The notes under the pieces are model-generated. The model did not search any database. It was not told where the DNA came from and saw only the letters and a list, made by a program, of their open reading frames with translations. A stretch of 64,000 nt of DNA from positions 1,344,001 through 1,408,000 of the forward strand of contig OZ242186.1 in the NCBI GenBank assembly GCA_965205675.1, in the 5' to 3' direction. This document shows positions 49,201 through 59,286 of the stretch, piece after piece (position 1 is the first letter of the stretch; every line of letters begins with the position of its first letter). This stretch comes from Nitrosopumilus sp. GTDB taxonomy: Archaea > Thermoproteota > Nitrososphaeria > Nitrososphaerales > Nitrosopumilaceae. A program made the translations under genes and the position numbers.

Positions 49201-50266
49201 ATTATTGAGTGTAAAAAATTCTCCAGGTCCTGATGAGTTTTCTGCGGGATTTTATCTGCACTATCTAGAATCATTAATTGATCAATCCAAGGAACAAGAA
49301 AAATTTGCTACACTATCCAAGAGAAAAATTGCAGAACTATCCCCTGATGAACACATCATATCTGAAGTAGTTGGAAATAAATTGGATGTTCTTGAAAAAA
49401 TGTCTAAAAATAGTTTCCTGGAAGACGGAATTGGAAAGGGCTGGACCATGAATCTTTCTAGGGGGTTTGATAAAACTAATGATGCTGCACTTTTATCTGA
49501 AAAAAATACAGGATGGATTGTACATGAAGGAAAAACAATACATCAATATAATCACAAATGGTCACATCCTGAATTTACATCTGATAGAATAATGGGTTTG
49601 AGAAGAGTAAGTAGAACAAGAGCTTTTGCAGGTAGACATGTAGATTTTCACAACTCTTACAGGCTTGTATTTCGTAATACTACGGGTCCCACCAATATGC
49701 GTACTGTCATTTCTAGTATAATTCCCCCACATACATTTCATACTCACTCATTAAGATCTATTATACTCGAATATGATAATAAAATTACAATAAATTTAGA
49801 ATCTAATAAAAAAATATCATGTCTATGCGGACTTTTTAATTCTCTTTCCTTTGATTTTGTATCTAGATCAAAGGTGCAAATGGACTTATCCACAATCATA
49901 AAATCATTACCTATGCCAGAACTACATCATGAAAATGAAATAACAAAACTGGCAGCCAAGATGGTTGTAGGAACTCCAGAGTTTGAAGGATTTGCAGAAT
50001 CAATGCGAATCCCAAATGTCAAACAAACTCCTGCACAAAGAATTGAAACTGCAGCAGAGATTGATGCTCTAGTTGCACATTCTTATGGTTTAACCATAAA
50101 TGAATACAAGACAGTTACAGAATCATTTCCAGCCTTTAAGAAAAATCCTGCACTATACGATCTTGATGACATAACCTGGGATAACGATAACCTAAAGGAG
50201 TTTTACGGAGAAATGGCAGAACTTGCTCTACAATACTATGAGGTAATAATGGAGGAACAAAAATGA
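46277..50266 (+). CDS. Type IIG (Eco57I-like) restriction-modification enzyme with N6-adenine MTase
   Basis: ILTNGKRWRLY nuclease region; SFYTP, LDPSMGSGHFL (motif I), VGNPPW (motif IV); C-terminal TRD. Confidence 0.9.
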   Translation: MASQEALFASMGVSLDAKKEMQLHDKWLCYSLNHQNPSRDIPIILIVRGPKNIAEIKKQIKNIRTCIIFFEEKNVLFFKLLDESYITTLENNSEYQRIASILKSTDMASAQDEFDLGLAIKKLIDKIPNATGDFVNKGLFSTHYLRNRIFTDTRQNIDSKLEDIKEKIGDTEQLLQALGWDIANSTGAYYDNTVSITITEQDDFSIRENKNDVAPSYDAIATLRKSQWAILTNGKRWRLYSAKISASSTNYFEISLDPAQDNITKYLIILFDALSFEKIDEKTDVDVFFEEGKNYAKNLEENLSEKIMSADGLFLDIVKGVLEHDMKKTFTSDELVSAKQTSLKIMYRIWFLAYAESRNLLPIRDGKYKPISLQSIRNHLDAFEQEPDEDKCWNALLVLFDGIRNGDKEHNLPQYNGDLFRRDPAIDDVSIKNAFIVKALYGLLENDGEAIDYADFSVRHLGNIFETLMEFSPRQTDKDIMLLEDSKGVREIKTKKDATYSYKKNDLYLASKGGIASRKTSASFYTPDEIVKFLVNQGLTPIFEEREKLVADDIQRYKKTKSAEDLQTCMNRILDIQVLDPSMGSGHFLVEVLNKITLWATDILKQHTEHPLISEIEDERKIILNEQKTNGITIDENLLTLDVILKRKIMKRSIFGVDLNPMAVDLAKLSLWLDSFAIGVPLTYMDHHLKQGDSTIGSFLDELKDRKNTTLDDWSPTAQSNQMICDVITNSDVTVKQVHASEDLYLEHKKSLEPLKRILDALTASKIDSKILPKKGKLEFIHKFGHYSQTEDKEFADARSKVNELAKRHHFFHWEIEMMDAFTDSRSGFDLIVGNPPWDKVKPDDDEFFTQFDPTFKSLRPNTKKQQRKNELLKSLKILKKYEAYKERYKEKNTFYAVYDLQGTGDKDLWKLVLELTIKIISKNGIISIVIPSQTLSNPGARELRKNILQKNIMSLYVFENKKKIFPIHSAYRFALLSVKNSPGPDEFSAGFYLHYLESLIDQSKEQEKFATLSKRKIAELSPDEHIISEVVGNKLDVLEKMSKNSFLEDGIGKGWTMNLSRGFDKTNDAALLSEKNTGWIVHEGKTIHQYNHKWSHPEFTSDRIMGLRRVSRTRAFAGRHVDFHNSYRLVFRNTTGPTNMRTVISSIIPPHTFHTHSLRSIILEYDNKITINLESNKKISCLCGLFNSLSFDFVSRSKVQMDLSTIIKSLPMPELHHENEITKLAAKMVVGTPEFEGFAESMRIPNVKQTPAQRIETAAEIDALVAHSYGLTINEYKTVTESFPAFKKNPALYDLDDITWDNDNLKEFYGEMAELALQYYEVIMEEQK

Positions 50267-53200
50267 CAGAGCGAATCAAAAGAGACATCATAGAGAACTC
50301 ACAAGACATCACCATGCAAAAGATTCTAAACTCTGAAATTCCTCACGCAAAGCAACTGGATATCTCAACTGGATACTTTGATGTGAAAGGATATGGAATG
50401 CTCCGAGAAACAATACAGTCTGTTGCAAAAGACGAGTCCTTTGCAATGAGGTTATTACTTGGCAAAGAGGCAATATTGTCCCAAGAGGGCTCTTTTGAAA
50501 AATTTGCAAGACAATACGCAGAATCAATCAAAGAAAAATCCCTAAAAACCAGTCTTGATGAGACAGAACTTACACCAGAACACAAAGATGATACAACTGC
50601 ACTAATCACACTATTGGAGCAAAAAAACATTGAGGTACGCCTTGGTGCAAACAGGTTCAATCACTCCAAATGCTACATTCTGGGGAATAATTCAGTATTC
50701 ATAGGATCCAGCAACTTTACAGCAGGCGGGATGACTGGAAACTATGAGCTAAATGCAGGACTGTACCAGCCAGGCGTTGCAGAGCAGACTAGAGCATGGT
50801 TTGATAGAATGTGGGATGATTCACAGGATACAAAACAACAGCTAATTGACGTTCTAAGACAGTCAAAGTTTGGCACGCCGCCTGAACCGTATCTAATTTA
50901 CATGAAGATGCTCTTTGAGCGATTCAGACCACTACTTGAAAAGGTGGATAGAGATGCAAAAGAAAGCAAGATTCTAACAAAATTCCAGCAAGATGCGGTT
51001 CATTCAGGATTATTCATCGTATCTGAATTTGGAGGAACAATAATTGCAGATGCTACAGGACTGGGCAAGACAAACATGGGAATAGAGATGGTGCGACAAA
51101 AGGTGCTAAAGGAAGGCAAAAGAGTCTTGCTTGTTGCACCATCACAGGTTTTGCACAGCATGTGGAAGGAGAAACTAAAGGAAGTTGACATTAATGTCAG
51201 AGAGACACTCACAATGGAGTCCCTTGGCAGAGAAAAGATCCTAGAGGATTTGGGCAAATACAAAAACATTGATCTGGTACTAATTGACGAGTCCCAGAAC
51301 TTTAGATCAAAAAATGCAAACAGAAGAAAGAATCTGATGAAGTTGATGAGTGTTGGAAAAAGAAAACAGGCCATACTACTAACTGCGACTCCGATTAACA
51401 ATTCATTAATGGACTTGTACTATCAGATATCTATCATTACAGGTGGGGAAGACTCTTACTTTTCCCGTCATATAGGAATACCGGATTTGGAAAAACACAT
51501 GAGGGATGCTGCAAACAAAGATCTTGCTCAAGGGTTAGAAAAGATACAACAGTTACTGGATGTGGTGATGGTTAGGCGTACTAGGTCATACATAAAGGAT
51601 GTGTACAGTGATGACAAGATAGGCGGCAAGCCAATAAAGTTTCCAAATCACCAATACTCTCCAATAGAGTACAGCCTCAGTGATCTGTTTGGGAATATCT
51701 TTGCAAGGATACTGGAGGACATTAACAGTCTGACAATGGCGCCATACGGAATTGAAAAATATGATACCAATCTATCTGAGAAAGAACGAAACAAGTACAG
51801 GGCAGTAGGACATTTACAAGTAATATTGCTCTTAAAAAGATTTGAGAGCAGTATAGAGGCAGTAAGAATAAGCATAGAAAATAAGGTAAACCTCTACCGA
51901 TACATCAAGAAGGTGCTTGATGAGGGAAAAATTCTGCGAGTCAGAGACTTTAACAAGATAATCTCAAAATGGAATTCTGCTGAATCCGGTGAGAATCCAG
52001 ATACTGATACAGATGAGGAAGATAAAATGAAATTTTTCCTCAAAGAGATCAAAGACATTCCAAAAGATGAAATCACCAAAAACTATGATGTGGAAACTCT
52101 AAAAGAGGACATGCAAAGAGATCTAGAGATACTAGAAAATTTGTTAAATGAAGTCAAAAAAATAACAGTAGACACAAAGATTGACAGAGTTGTAGAGACA
52201 ATATTAAAAGAAAAGGCATTGGAAAATGAGAGCAAAAAAATTCTGATATTTACAGAATATACTGCAACTGCCAGATACATTACAAAAAAACTGCAAGAAA
52301 AATTCCCAAATAATATGATTCGATGTATTACGGGAAACACAAAACAAGATACAAGAATTAATTATATCAGAGAATTTTCTCCTAATGCCAATTTGCTTGA
52401 AGATGAAAAGCTAGACACTCAAGAGATAGACATACTAGTATCAACTGAAGTATTAGCCGAAGGGCAGAATCTGCAAGATTGCAACTATGTAATTAATTAT
52501 GATCTGCCATGGAATCCGATGAGAATTGTTCAGAGAACAGGCAGGGTAGACAGACTCACCAGCACATATGATACAATTCATACCCGAGCATGCTATCCAG
52601 ATAAAGAGTTAGATGACATTTTGAAATTGATGGGAAAACTGCTAGACAAGATACATGTTGTAGATGAGGTGATTGGAGGGGATTCAGAAATATTGGGAGA
52701 GAACCCAACTCCAAAACAGTTCAACGGTGCCACGCAGAGAATCAAGGTACTTGCAGGCAAGGACGGCTCTGAGAGACTAATCTCACAAATGGAGCAGGAA
52801 TCAGATGTAATGCCTGCACTATCTCCAATAAATGAGCTTGGACGATTCATAAAAGAAAAGGGAATGGAGACAGTCCAGGACATTCCGATAGGAAGACGCA
52901 GTGGCAAAAAGGGTGAAAAACAAAAGGCAGTATTGGCATATCTGCAAGAAAAGCCAGAGAGACGTGTCTATTTTGTGAATTATGATTTCAAGACAGATAC
53001 AGCTATAGTGCCTGATGATGATTCAGAAGCTATGCGTCTTGTATCATGCATGCAAGATACTCTTATTCATCTTCCAATGGATGGTGCAGACAATCAGGAA
53101 TCATTTGAGTTGTTATTGGGAATAGATCAAAAGGCACGAGTTGCAATAAAAAAGAACAATGAGGATATATTATCATACGTCAAAAAACCTGATAACACAA

Positions 53201-53571
53201 AGCGCCAAAAACATGACAGAAATATTGATACAATATCCAATATGGTGATGGGTGCAATATTGCGCGGAGAAATTCCAAAAGATGAAGGCAAAGAGGCAAT
53301 AAATATTATAAAATCAGAATTTGTAAGATCTTGGGAAGAGGACATAAGCTCGTTGCTTTTAGAGCATCAGCGAAGTCAGGAGATATCAAGTCTGTTGGAG
53401 GGAATAAAAAAATTAGGTCAATGGATAGGAATCCAAGAAAAGACAGAACCTATAAAAATCAAAGAAGAAGTGCAGAGACTAGAACCGGACCTAAAACTAG
53501 TCGGTGCAATGTTTATCACACCAGAAAAGTTTGATGAATCTCTTTACAAAAAAGGATTGGATGAATTCTAG
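50263..53571 (+). CDS. PLD-nuclease plus SNF2-type helicase fusion
   Basis: HSKCY..GSSNFT..NYELN; ADATGLGKT; IDESQN; TATP; EGQNLQ..NYDLPWNP..QRTGRVDR. Confidence 0.9.
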   Translation: MTERIKRDIIENSQDITMQKILNSEIPHAKQLDISTGYFDVKGYGMLRETIQSVAKDESFAMRLLLGKEAILSQEGSFEKFARQYAESIKEKSLKTSLDETELTPEHKDDTTALITLLEQKNIEVRLGANRFNHSKCYILGNNSVFIGSSNFTAGGMTGNYELNAGLYQPGVAEQTRAWFDRMWDDSQDTKQQLIDVLRQSKFGTPPEPYLIYMKMLFERFRPLLEKVDRDAKESKILTKFQQDAVHSGLFIVSEFGGTIIADATGLGKTNMGIEMVRQKVLKEGKRVLLVAPSQVLHSMWKEKLKEVDINVRETLTMESLGREKILEDLGKYKNIDLVLIDESQNFRSKNANRRKNLMKLMSVGKRKQAILLTATPINNSLMDLYYQISIITGGEDSYFSRHIGIPDLEKHMRDAANKDLAQGLEKIQQLLDVVMVRRTRSYIKDVYSDDKIGGKPIKFPNHQYSPIEYSLSDLFGNIFARILEDINSLTMAPYGIEKYDTNLSEKERNKYRAVGHLQVILLLKRFESSIEAVRISIENKVNLYRYIKKVLDEGKILRVRDFNKIISKWNSAESGENPDTDTDEEDKMKFFLKEIKDIPKDEITKNYDVETLKEDMQRDLEILENLLNEVKKITVDTKIDRVVETILKEKALENESKKILIFTEYTATARYITKKLQEKFPNNMIRCITGNTKQDTRINYIREFSPNANLLEDEKLDTQEIDILVSTEVLAEGQNLQDCNYVINYDLPWNPMRIVQRTGRVDRLTSTYDTIHTRACYPDKELDDILKLMGKLLDKIHVVDEVIGGDSEILGENPTPKQFNGATQRIKVLAGKDGSERLISQMEQESDVMPALSPINELGRFIKEKGMETVQDIPIGRRSGKKGEKQKAVLAYLQEKPERRVYFVNYDFKTDTAIVPDDDSEAMRLVSCMQDTLIHLPMDGADNQESFELLLGIDQKARVAIKKNNEDILSYVKKPDNTKRQKHDRNIDTISNMVMGAILRGEIPKDEGKEAINIIKSEFVRSWEEDISSLLLEHQRSQEISSLLEGIKKLGQWIGIQEKTEPIKIKEEVQRLEPDLKLVGAMFITPEKFDESLYKKGLDEF

Positions 53572-53682
53572 ATTTGGATATTGCCTTCTCATATATCTGG
53601 GCGTACATCTAACCTCACATTAATTTTTAATTGTATTGCAAATCAGATACTGATCAAATGTCATAAAAACAATCATGCAAAG

Positions 53683-54505
53683 ACAGGTTCTCTTGCGTTA
53701 TAGGTGATTTTAGCTGACTTTATGCCTGTTGCGTGTCGGTGAATCAATCAATCTAATTTCAGATTTTCCCACTTGTCAAGGTAGTTGTCTGATTCCAACA
53801 GCATTTCTATTTGTGAGTAATGCAATATACCCTAATCGGGATAGTTCACCTGCTACAAAGTAAGCTCCTGTTGCACCTACAAAATTATTCTTTGACATTA
53901 GATTATTCTTCTAGGGATTCTTCAATACTTTCTATTTCACCTAAACTTGATTGTGGTTCTTCATACTTGTAATCCTCAAGCTTGATGTCCATGTATTTTT
54001 TCAATTTGTCCCATTCCTTTTGTAGGTCTCCTTTTGGCAACACTATTTGATATTTATCAAATGCTATTGTTTCCATATCGTTATCAACATCTGGTTTTTT
54101 ATTACCTGAACCAGATCTTAAGTCTTTTCCATCTGGTTTTTGTGTATCGATTTCATCGATTTCTATGTACTTGTCAACAACATGTGTCATCTCATCCAGA
54201 TTCCTATAACCAGTCCATACCCTAACAATGATTTGAGTTTTCGATAGAAATGAGATTCAGTTCCGTTTGCAGAGATACCCCCGAAGGTAAGGACTGCACT
54301 CGTGTCTGCAAGTTACCATCTAGTTATTCCAGAAAGGTAACCTTTGTTGAAGAATGTTAGACTAGTTCACTTTTGAGAACAAGTCCACAATCTCTTTTTT
54401 TCTCCTCCTCACATTCTATACAACATAGCGATCTTTAAGCTTTTTCCACCGACACGCAGCAGGCATAAAGTCAGCTAAAATCACCCATAACGCAATAGAA
54501 CCTGT
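53683..54505. mobile_element. MITE-like element with 59-bp terminal inverted repeats and a passenger ORF
   Basis: 53683..53741 matches the reverse complement of 54447..54505 with 3 mismatches; no transposase inside. Confidence 0.75.
53903..54190 (-). CDS. Acidic hypothetical passenger protein
   Basis: 95-aa ORF inside the TIRs. Confidence 0.5.
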   Translation of the reverse strand: MTHVVDKYIEIDEIDTQKPDGKDLRSGSGNKKPDVDNDMETIAFDKYQIVLPKGDLQKEWDKLKKYMDIKLEDYKYEEPQSSLGEIESIEESLEE

Positions 54506-54512
54506 TTAATTA

Positions 54513-55472
54513 TTATTGTTTAAACCACTTTTGATACATTTCTTGTACACCATCAGCGTAATTTTCACTAAGAAAGATAGCCGTTTTTTTAGCTTTAGGT
54601 GATGCATTGCCAACAGCAAACTTGTAAACAGATTCTCCAAACAATGGAACATCCAAATCACTGTCTCCCACTCCAATTACAACATCATCATTACCAAATC
54701 TTAATTCTGTAGAGAGTCTTTCTAATGCATAGCCCTTATTGATTTTCTTTTTTACAACATGGTACGAGTTTTTACTAGCTAGAACTTCTACATTAGCATT
54801 AGATTTCTTTACATAGTTCAAGAATTTGGATTCTTTAATTACGGCGTCAAATATTCTTTCGGTGATTCTTATACCCTGAACCACGTCTTCAGTTATTTTC
54901 TTACAATGTTTTTTCATGTATTGTAGAACTTTATCAGGTTCGGTTCTATTACCTAAAATAAGATGTCCATCAGAACCCATCCCAATTATAATTCCGCCAT
55001 TTTCAGCTATGCCAAAACGCTCTGTATTGAAATTATCCATATCTTGCCTTAATTGTGCTTCATTACGTCCTGATGCAAGATATACTCTATGTCCACTAGC
55101 ATTCATTTGTGCAAAAATATTTCGTACTTTATTTTGTATTGTGCCTCTTCCTTTTGTCAAGGTACTATCAACATCAAATACAAAATGACAGTTCTTATCA
55201 GAAATATTTTCCTTAAAAGCGTTTATTGCCTGATTTACAGTAATATCAGTTACATTAGACAAACTTTCATATTTTTTCTTTAGTTGATTGGCTCCTTTAT
55301 CACTTAGTAAGTGATCATCGCTGTAAGTAACAACAACATAAGTTATTGACGGTCTTTCAAAATCATTGTATTTCTTCAGGTGTTTTATTTTTGTGAATTT
55401 TCTTGAATGTTTCTTAATTTCTGCAATTACAGAAGTTGCCTTACCTCGTTTGACTTTAAGTATAACTTCCAA
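54513..55472 (-). CDS. HAD-IIB phosphatase (phosphoglycolate/sucrose-phosphatase-like) with N-terminal extension
   Basis: FDVDSTLT, ASGR, AENGG, NKG and GVGDSDLD motifs. Confidence 0.85.
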   Translation of the reverse strand: MEVILKVKRGKATSVIAEIKKHSRKFTKIKHLKKYNDFERPSITYVVVTYSDDHLLSDKGANQLKKKYESLSNVTDITVNQAINAFKENISDKNCHFVFDVDSTLTKGRGTIQNKVRNIFAQMNASGHRVYLASGRNEAQLRQDMDNFNTERFGIAENGGIIIGMGSDGHLILGNRTEPDKVLQYMKKHCKKITEDVVQGIRITERIFDAVIKESKFLNYVKKSNANVEVLASKNSYHVVKKKINKGYALERLSTELRFGNDDVVIGVGDSDLDVPLFGESVYKFAVGNASPKAKKTAIFLSENYADGVQEMYQKWFKQ

Positions 55473-55510
55473 GACTGAAAATAATCCAACATATGAGGTT
55501 ATGAAAGTTG

Positions 55511-55804
55511 TTATTGGCTAACCAGAACTTTTAGGTTTTTTACACCAGTAGGTTTTGCTGCACTTGATTTAATTTTCCATAAATTCTTGGTGAACTCTTT
55601 GATTTCACTTTCTTTGACCAGTGCTTTTCCAGTTACACAGTATCTAGTTCCTTCAAATGTAGTACCAGTAGTGTATGCCTGTAAGATATTTTTAGATGAT
55701 TTCATAGAAGCATTACGCATTGGTATACAGTTTGCATGTTTGTCCTTAGTACATCTAAACATGAAATAGACATTCTTCAAATTTTGATTTTTAGGCTTCA
55801 ACAT
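55511..55804 (-). CDS. Small hypothetical protein
   Basis: 97-aa ORF upstream of the HAD gene. Confidence 0.5.
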   Translation of the reverse strand: MLKPKNQNLKNVYFMFRCTKDKHANCIPMRNASMKSSKNILQAYTTGTTFEGTRYCVTGKALVKESEIKEFTKNLWKIKSSAAKPTGVKNLKVLVSQ

Positions 55805-56264
55805 ATAACATCTCCGGATCGAATAATCGATTGCTCATGGATATATACGTAAAGATCGTTCATAGTTAAATTAGCATTACTACTAATTAATAACAAAGGA
55901 TTTGTGCAATTATCAGACATACAACCCAAATTTTGACCAAAAATCGTCAAATTCATTGAATTCTTGTCACCAACACCAAGCATTCAATATGAAGTTCACA
56001 TACTCCAATATAAAAGAATTTACGCATGTCAGATCAGATTATCATTAGAATTTGATTTTAGCAGTGTTTCTCAAATTTTCTTCAATTCCCTATGCGCACC
56101 TAGTGGTTAGGGATGTTAGTTTCTCTGGATGACGTGGAGATTTACAGATTAGAAAGTATCCCTCAGAAGATCATCCACTGTCTTGTAATTTTTCTTGAAT
56201 CCTTTGGTAACCTCTTCAACTTTTTCGTCTATCAATTCCAAAATAGTTTTTCCCTTGATAACAT

Positions 56265-56850
56265 CAGATTCATCATTACTAAAAGCAGATGGTCCAGTAT
56301 GGCACAAGTCAGATATGAAAAAGAATAGAATTCCAATCTCAGGAATTGACACAGATGCAAAATGGGGTTTTTCAAAATCAAAGGGTTGGGTATTTGGGTA
56401 CAAACTGCACATGAGTTGCAGTACTGGCAAACTGGTTGTTCCTTTATCTGCTGATGTCTCAACTGCAAATGTTTCTGATGGTAAAATGTATTATACAATA
56501 GTTGAATCGCTTTCAGGACTGGTTGAGAATATTTTATGTGATCCAGCATATGATGATAAATCATTATATCAGTTTAGTGATGAGAGACATTTGAGATTGA
56601 TTTGTCCTATCAAAATATATCCATCAACGCCACCAGAGCGAATCAAACTTGCAGATTTTTATAATTCTGTACAAGGTCAAGAGTTGTACTCACAAAGAAA
56701 AGTTTCAATTGAACCTTTATTTGAAATATTCAAAGATACGTTCAACATTAGAACTGTACATGTGAAAGGATTTGACAACGTGAAATCATTTGGATTGGTT
56801 TGCGTGTTGGTGTATCAACTTGCAGTATATTACAATTGCATAACAAAAAC
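56265..56850 (+). pseudogene. Truncated IS5/IS4-like DDE transposase
   Basis: DSSLL, DTDAKWG..GYKLH, DPAYD, R..IEPLF..K; cut off by the ISH3 TIR. Confidence 0.75.
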
Positions 56851-58170
56851 CAGTAGATGGGAAAGTAACTCAAGTTACACATTCTAGAAAATAATTATTT
56901 TTGTTATTTCTAAAGTAATGAATAATTATCTTTACAAAGAAATATTTGAGAATTTCAATTGATATTATTGGTTTGTGATTTTGTACATTAGTTTCTTCTG
57001 AGATAATCAAATTAGCAATTATCCATGCATTGTACAAAATCAATGAATAGTAAAAATACAACAATCTTATGGATTGGTTTGAACTGGTGGTTTTTGGTCT
57101 GAACCTTCCCACACATGCATAGCCTGTTTCAATCCCCCAACGTTTCTTGTAATCAGTTGGAATGTTTTGTATGTTATATGATATTTCTTTTGGTGAAACG
57201 TTTGTTGCAAACACAACATACTGATCAATAATATCTGATTTTTTTCTTGCATTTTTGTTTGGCAGAATAACTAGAGTAAATGATTCTACATGTCCTGATG
57301 ATGATTTTATTGTGTATGGCGAGATTGACTTTCTATCTCCATTAACGTATTGTACAATTGCATCTTTGATTCGAGAATTCTTTTTTGCAGGCATTAGAAA
57401 TTTCAGATTCTTTTGTTTTATTTCTGAAATTGTTCCAGCTGTGAAAAACTCCCTATCCACTAGCAATAGTTTAATCTTGATTCCATTATTGATGCCATCA
57501 GAGAGTAATTTACGCACAAAATCGGCATTTGATTTGTTGTCATACAAAGGATAACAACCTAGTTGAGCCCTGATTCTTTTTTCAACGCACTGCATGGTGC
57601 AGTAACTCTCAAAATGAGTAGTACTGTTTTTTGATTTTGATTTTATTAAAGAATGGTTTGGCAATTTGTCATATCTTGGGATTAGATGTTTGTCAATTGC
57701 CACAGTAACTGGTTGCTCCAATACTCCCAATTCTTGTAATTTTGATATGGTACTATCTAGTGAACGATGTAATTGAATTTGCATTGTTTTTTGTGATATT
57801 TTTGATATGATTTTTCTCAACCATGAAACCAGTTGGAGAAGCATTATCTGATTCCATCGCCAGTCTCTTTAATCCAGATTCAGAATATGAATTTCCCAAA
57901 CACAATGACATGATAGAATTGTGTGCATCTGCATTGTGGAACCGTGAGTTATTTTTATCAGAACACGGAAACAACAAGATATTGTACATTATTTTAGTGA
58001 TAATCTCAAATGCTTTAGATAGTATCACACCTTGGTGTGTCATGGTATCAAATGAAGTACAATGCATATTTGATGGAGTGACATACTTTCATCAAGCTTT
58101 TTCTATCTGAATAGATTGATTGAATAATTGATAGTTTTTGATCTAAATTGAGTTACTTTCCCATCTACTG
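56851..58170 (-). mobile_element. ISH3-family IS with frameshifted transposase
   Basis: 23-bp TIR CAGTAGATGGGAAAGTAACTCAA at both ends; ORFs 57753..58067 and 56870..57844 with AIDKH, DREFF and YKKRWGIETGY. Confidence 0.85.
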
Positions 58171-58434
58171 CTTTCTAGACTTTTTAGAACTCAAATTAAA
58201 CACATATCTATGTGAAATCTTTAAAAACATTTGCACTCTTTTGCAACACATGAGAATGGCTACCGCTCGAGATGATCCCATTCATTTTCAAAAGATGAAA
58301 CCGGACACATATCTATTCGAGGATCTCCCTCAGTACCATTCTTCATCCATTTATCAGAACCCTGCCGCAGTTACAAAACGAGGATCTCCCTCAATATGTT
58401 TAACGAGGATTATAGTTCTGATCATAATGTTTCA

Positions 58435-59286
58435 TTATGCATTTTTGATGCACTGGTAAAATGTCATGTTGTTTTTTAACATCCAGTAAATTATTCTCAA
58501 CAGTTTGGATGCTGCTGCCACTGCAGCTTTTGATGTCCCCCTCTTTTTTGCAAGACGTTTGTAAAAATTTGTAATGGTGCTGTTTTTTGCATATCTTACA
58601 TGAGAATGTACTGCCTCCACCAGAACCCAGCGTAACATGCTACTTCCTCTTCTTGTTATGGAACCATGGCGTATGGTGTCAGCTGAGTTTCTCACCGATG
58701 GTACAATTCCTGCATATGAACACAGTTTGTGAGAATCTGAAAATCTTTCGATATTGTCAATTTCAGAGGATATGGTTAATGCAGTAAATCTTCCAACACC
58801 AGGTATTGATTCTAAGAGTTGTGCGTTAGAATCATGTTTTAGAGCATCCTTGATTCTCATGTCTGACTCTGCGATTCTATCATTGATTGATATTATCATC
58901 TTGAGATATCCATCTATTCGATAGTCATCTAATCCCAACAGTTTGTGCACATATGAATCAGAAAATGCAGTTCCTGGTATCTTGATTGCATTTTGTAAGG
59001 TTATACTGTGAATCAAATTTTTCATCCTTGTCCTGTTGCGGACTAGTTTGGTTCTATATCTCACCAGTTGTCTTGTTTGCACGGTATCTTTTTCTGGTAC
59101 ATGACAAGATGAGATGTATCCTCCTCTTAGCAAATCTGCCAAGATGTGAGCATCAATCTTGTCAGTTTTTTTCTTTGATGCTGCAATTGCTTTTGTGTGA
59201 TATGGGTTTGATAGTATTACATCAAATCCTAGTTCGTCTCGCAGAAACCTAAACACGCCATACCAGACAGATGATGATTCCATTAC
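58435..59286 (-). pseudogene. IS110-family recombinase, N-terminally truncated by IS66
   Basis: MES, KKTDKIDA, SIPGVG, YAGIVPSVRNS, GSSMLRW and AAASKL motifs. Confidence 0.85.

Noticed and set aside
58435-59286. IS110 recombinase as the enzyme that shuffles the cassette array
   Set aside because: It is truncated, lies 20 kb away in an IS pile-up, and I saw no sequence link to the repeat.
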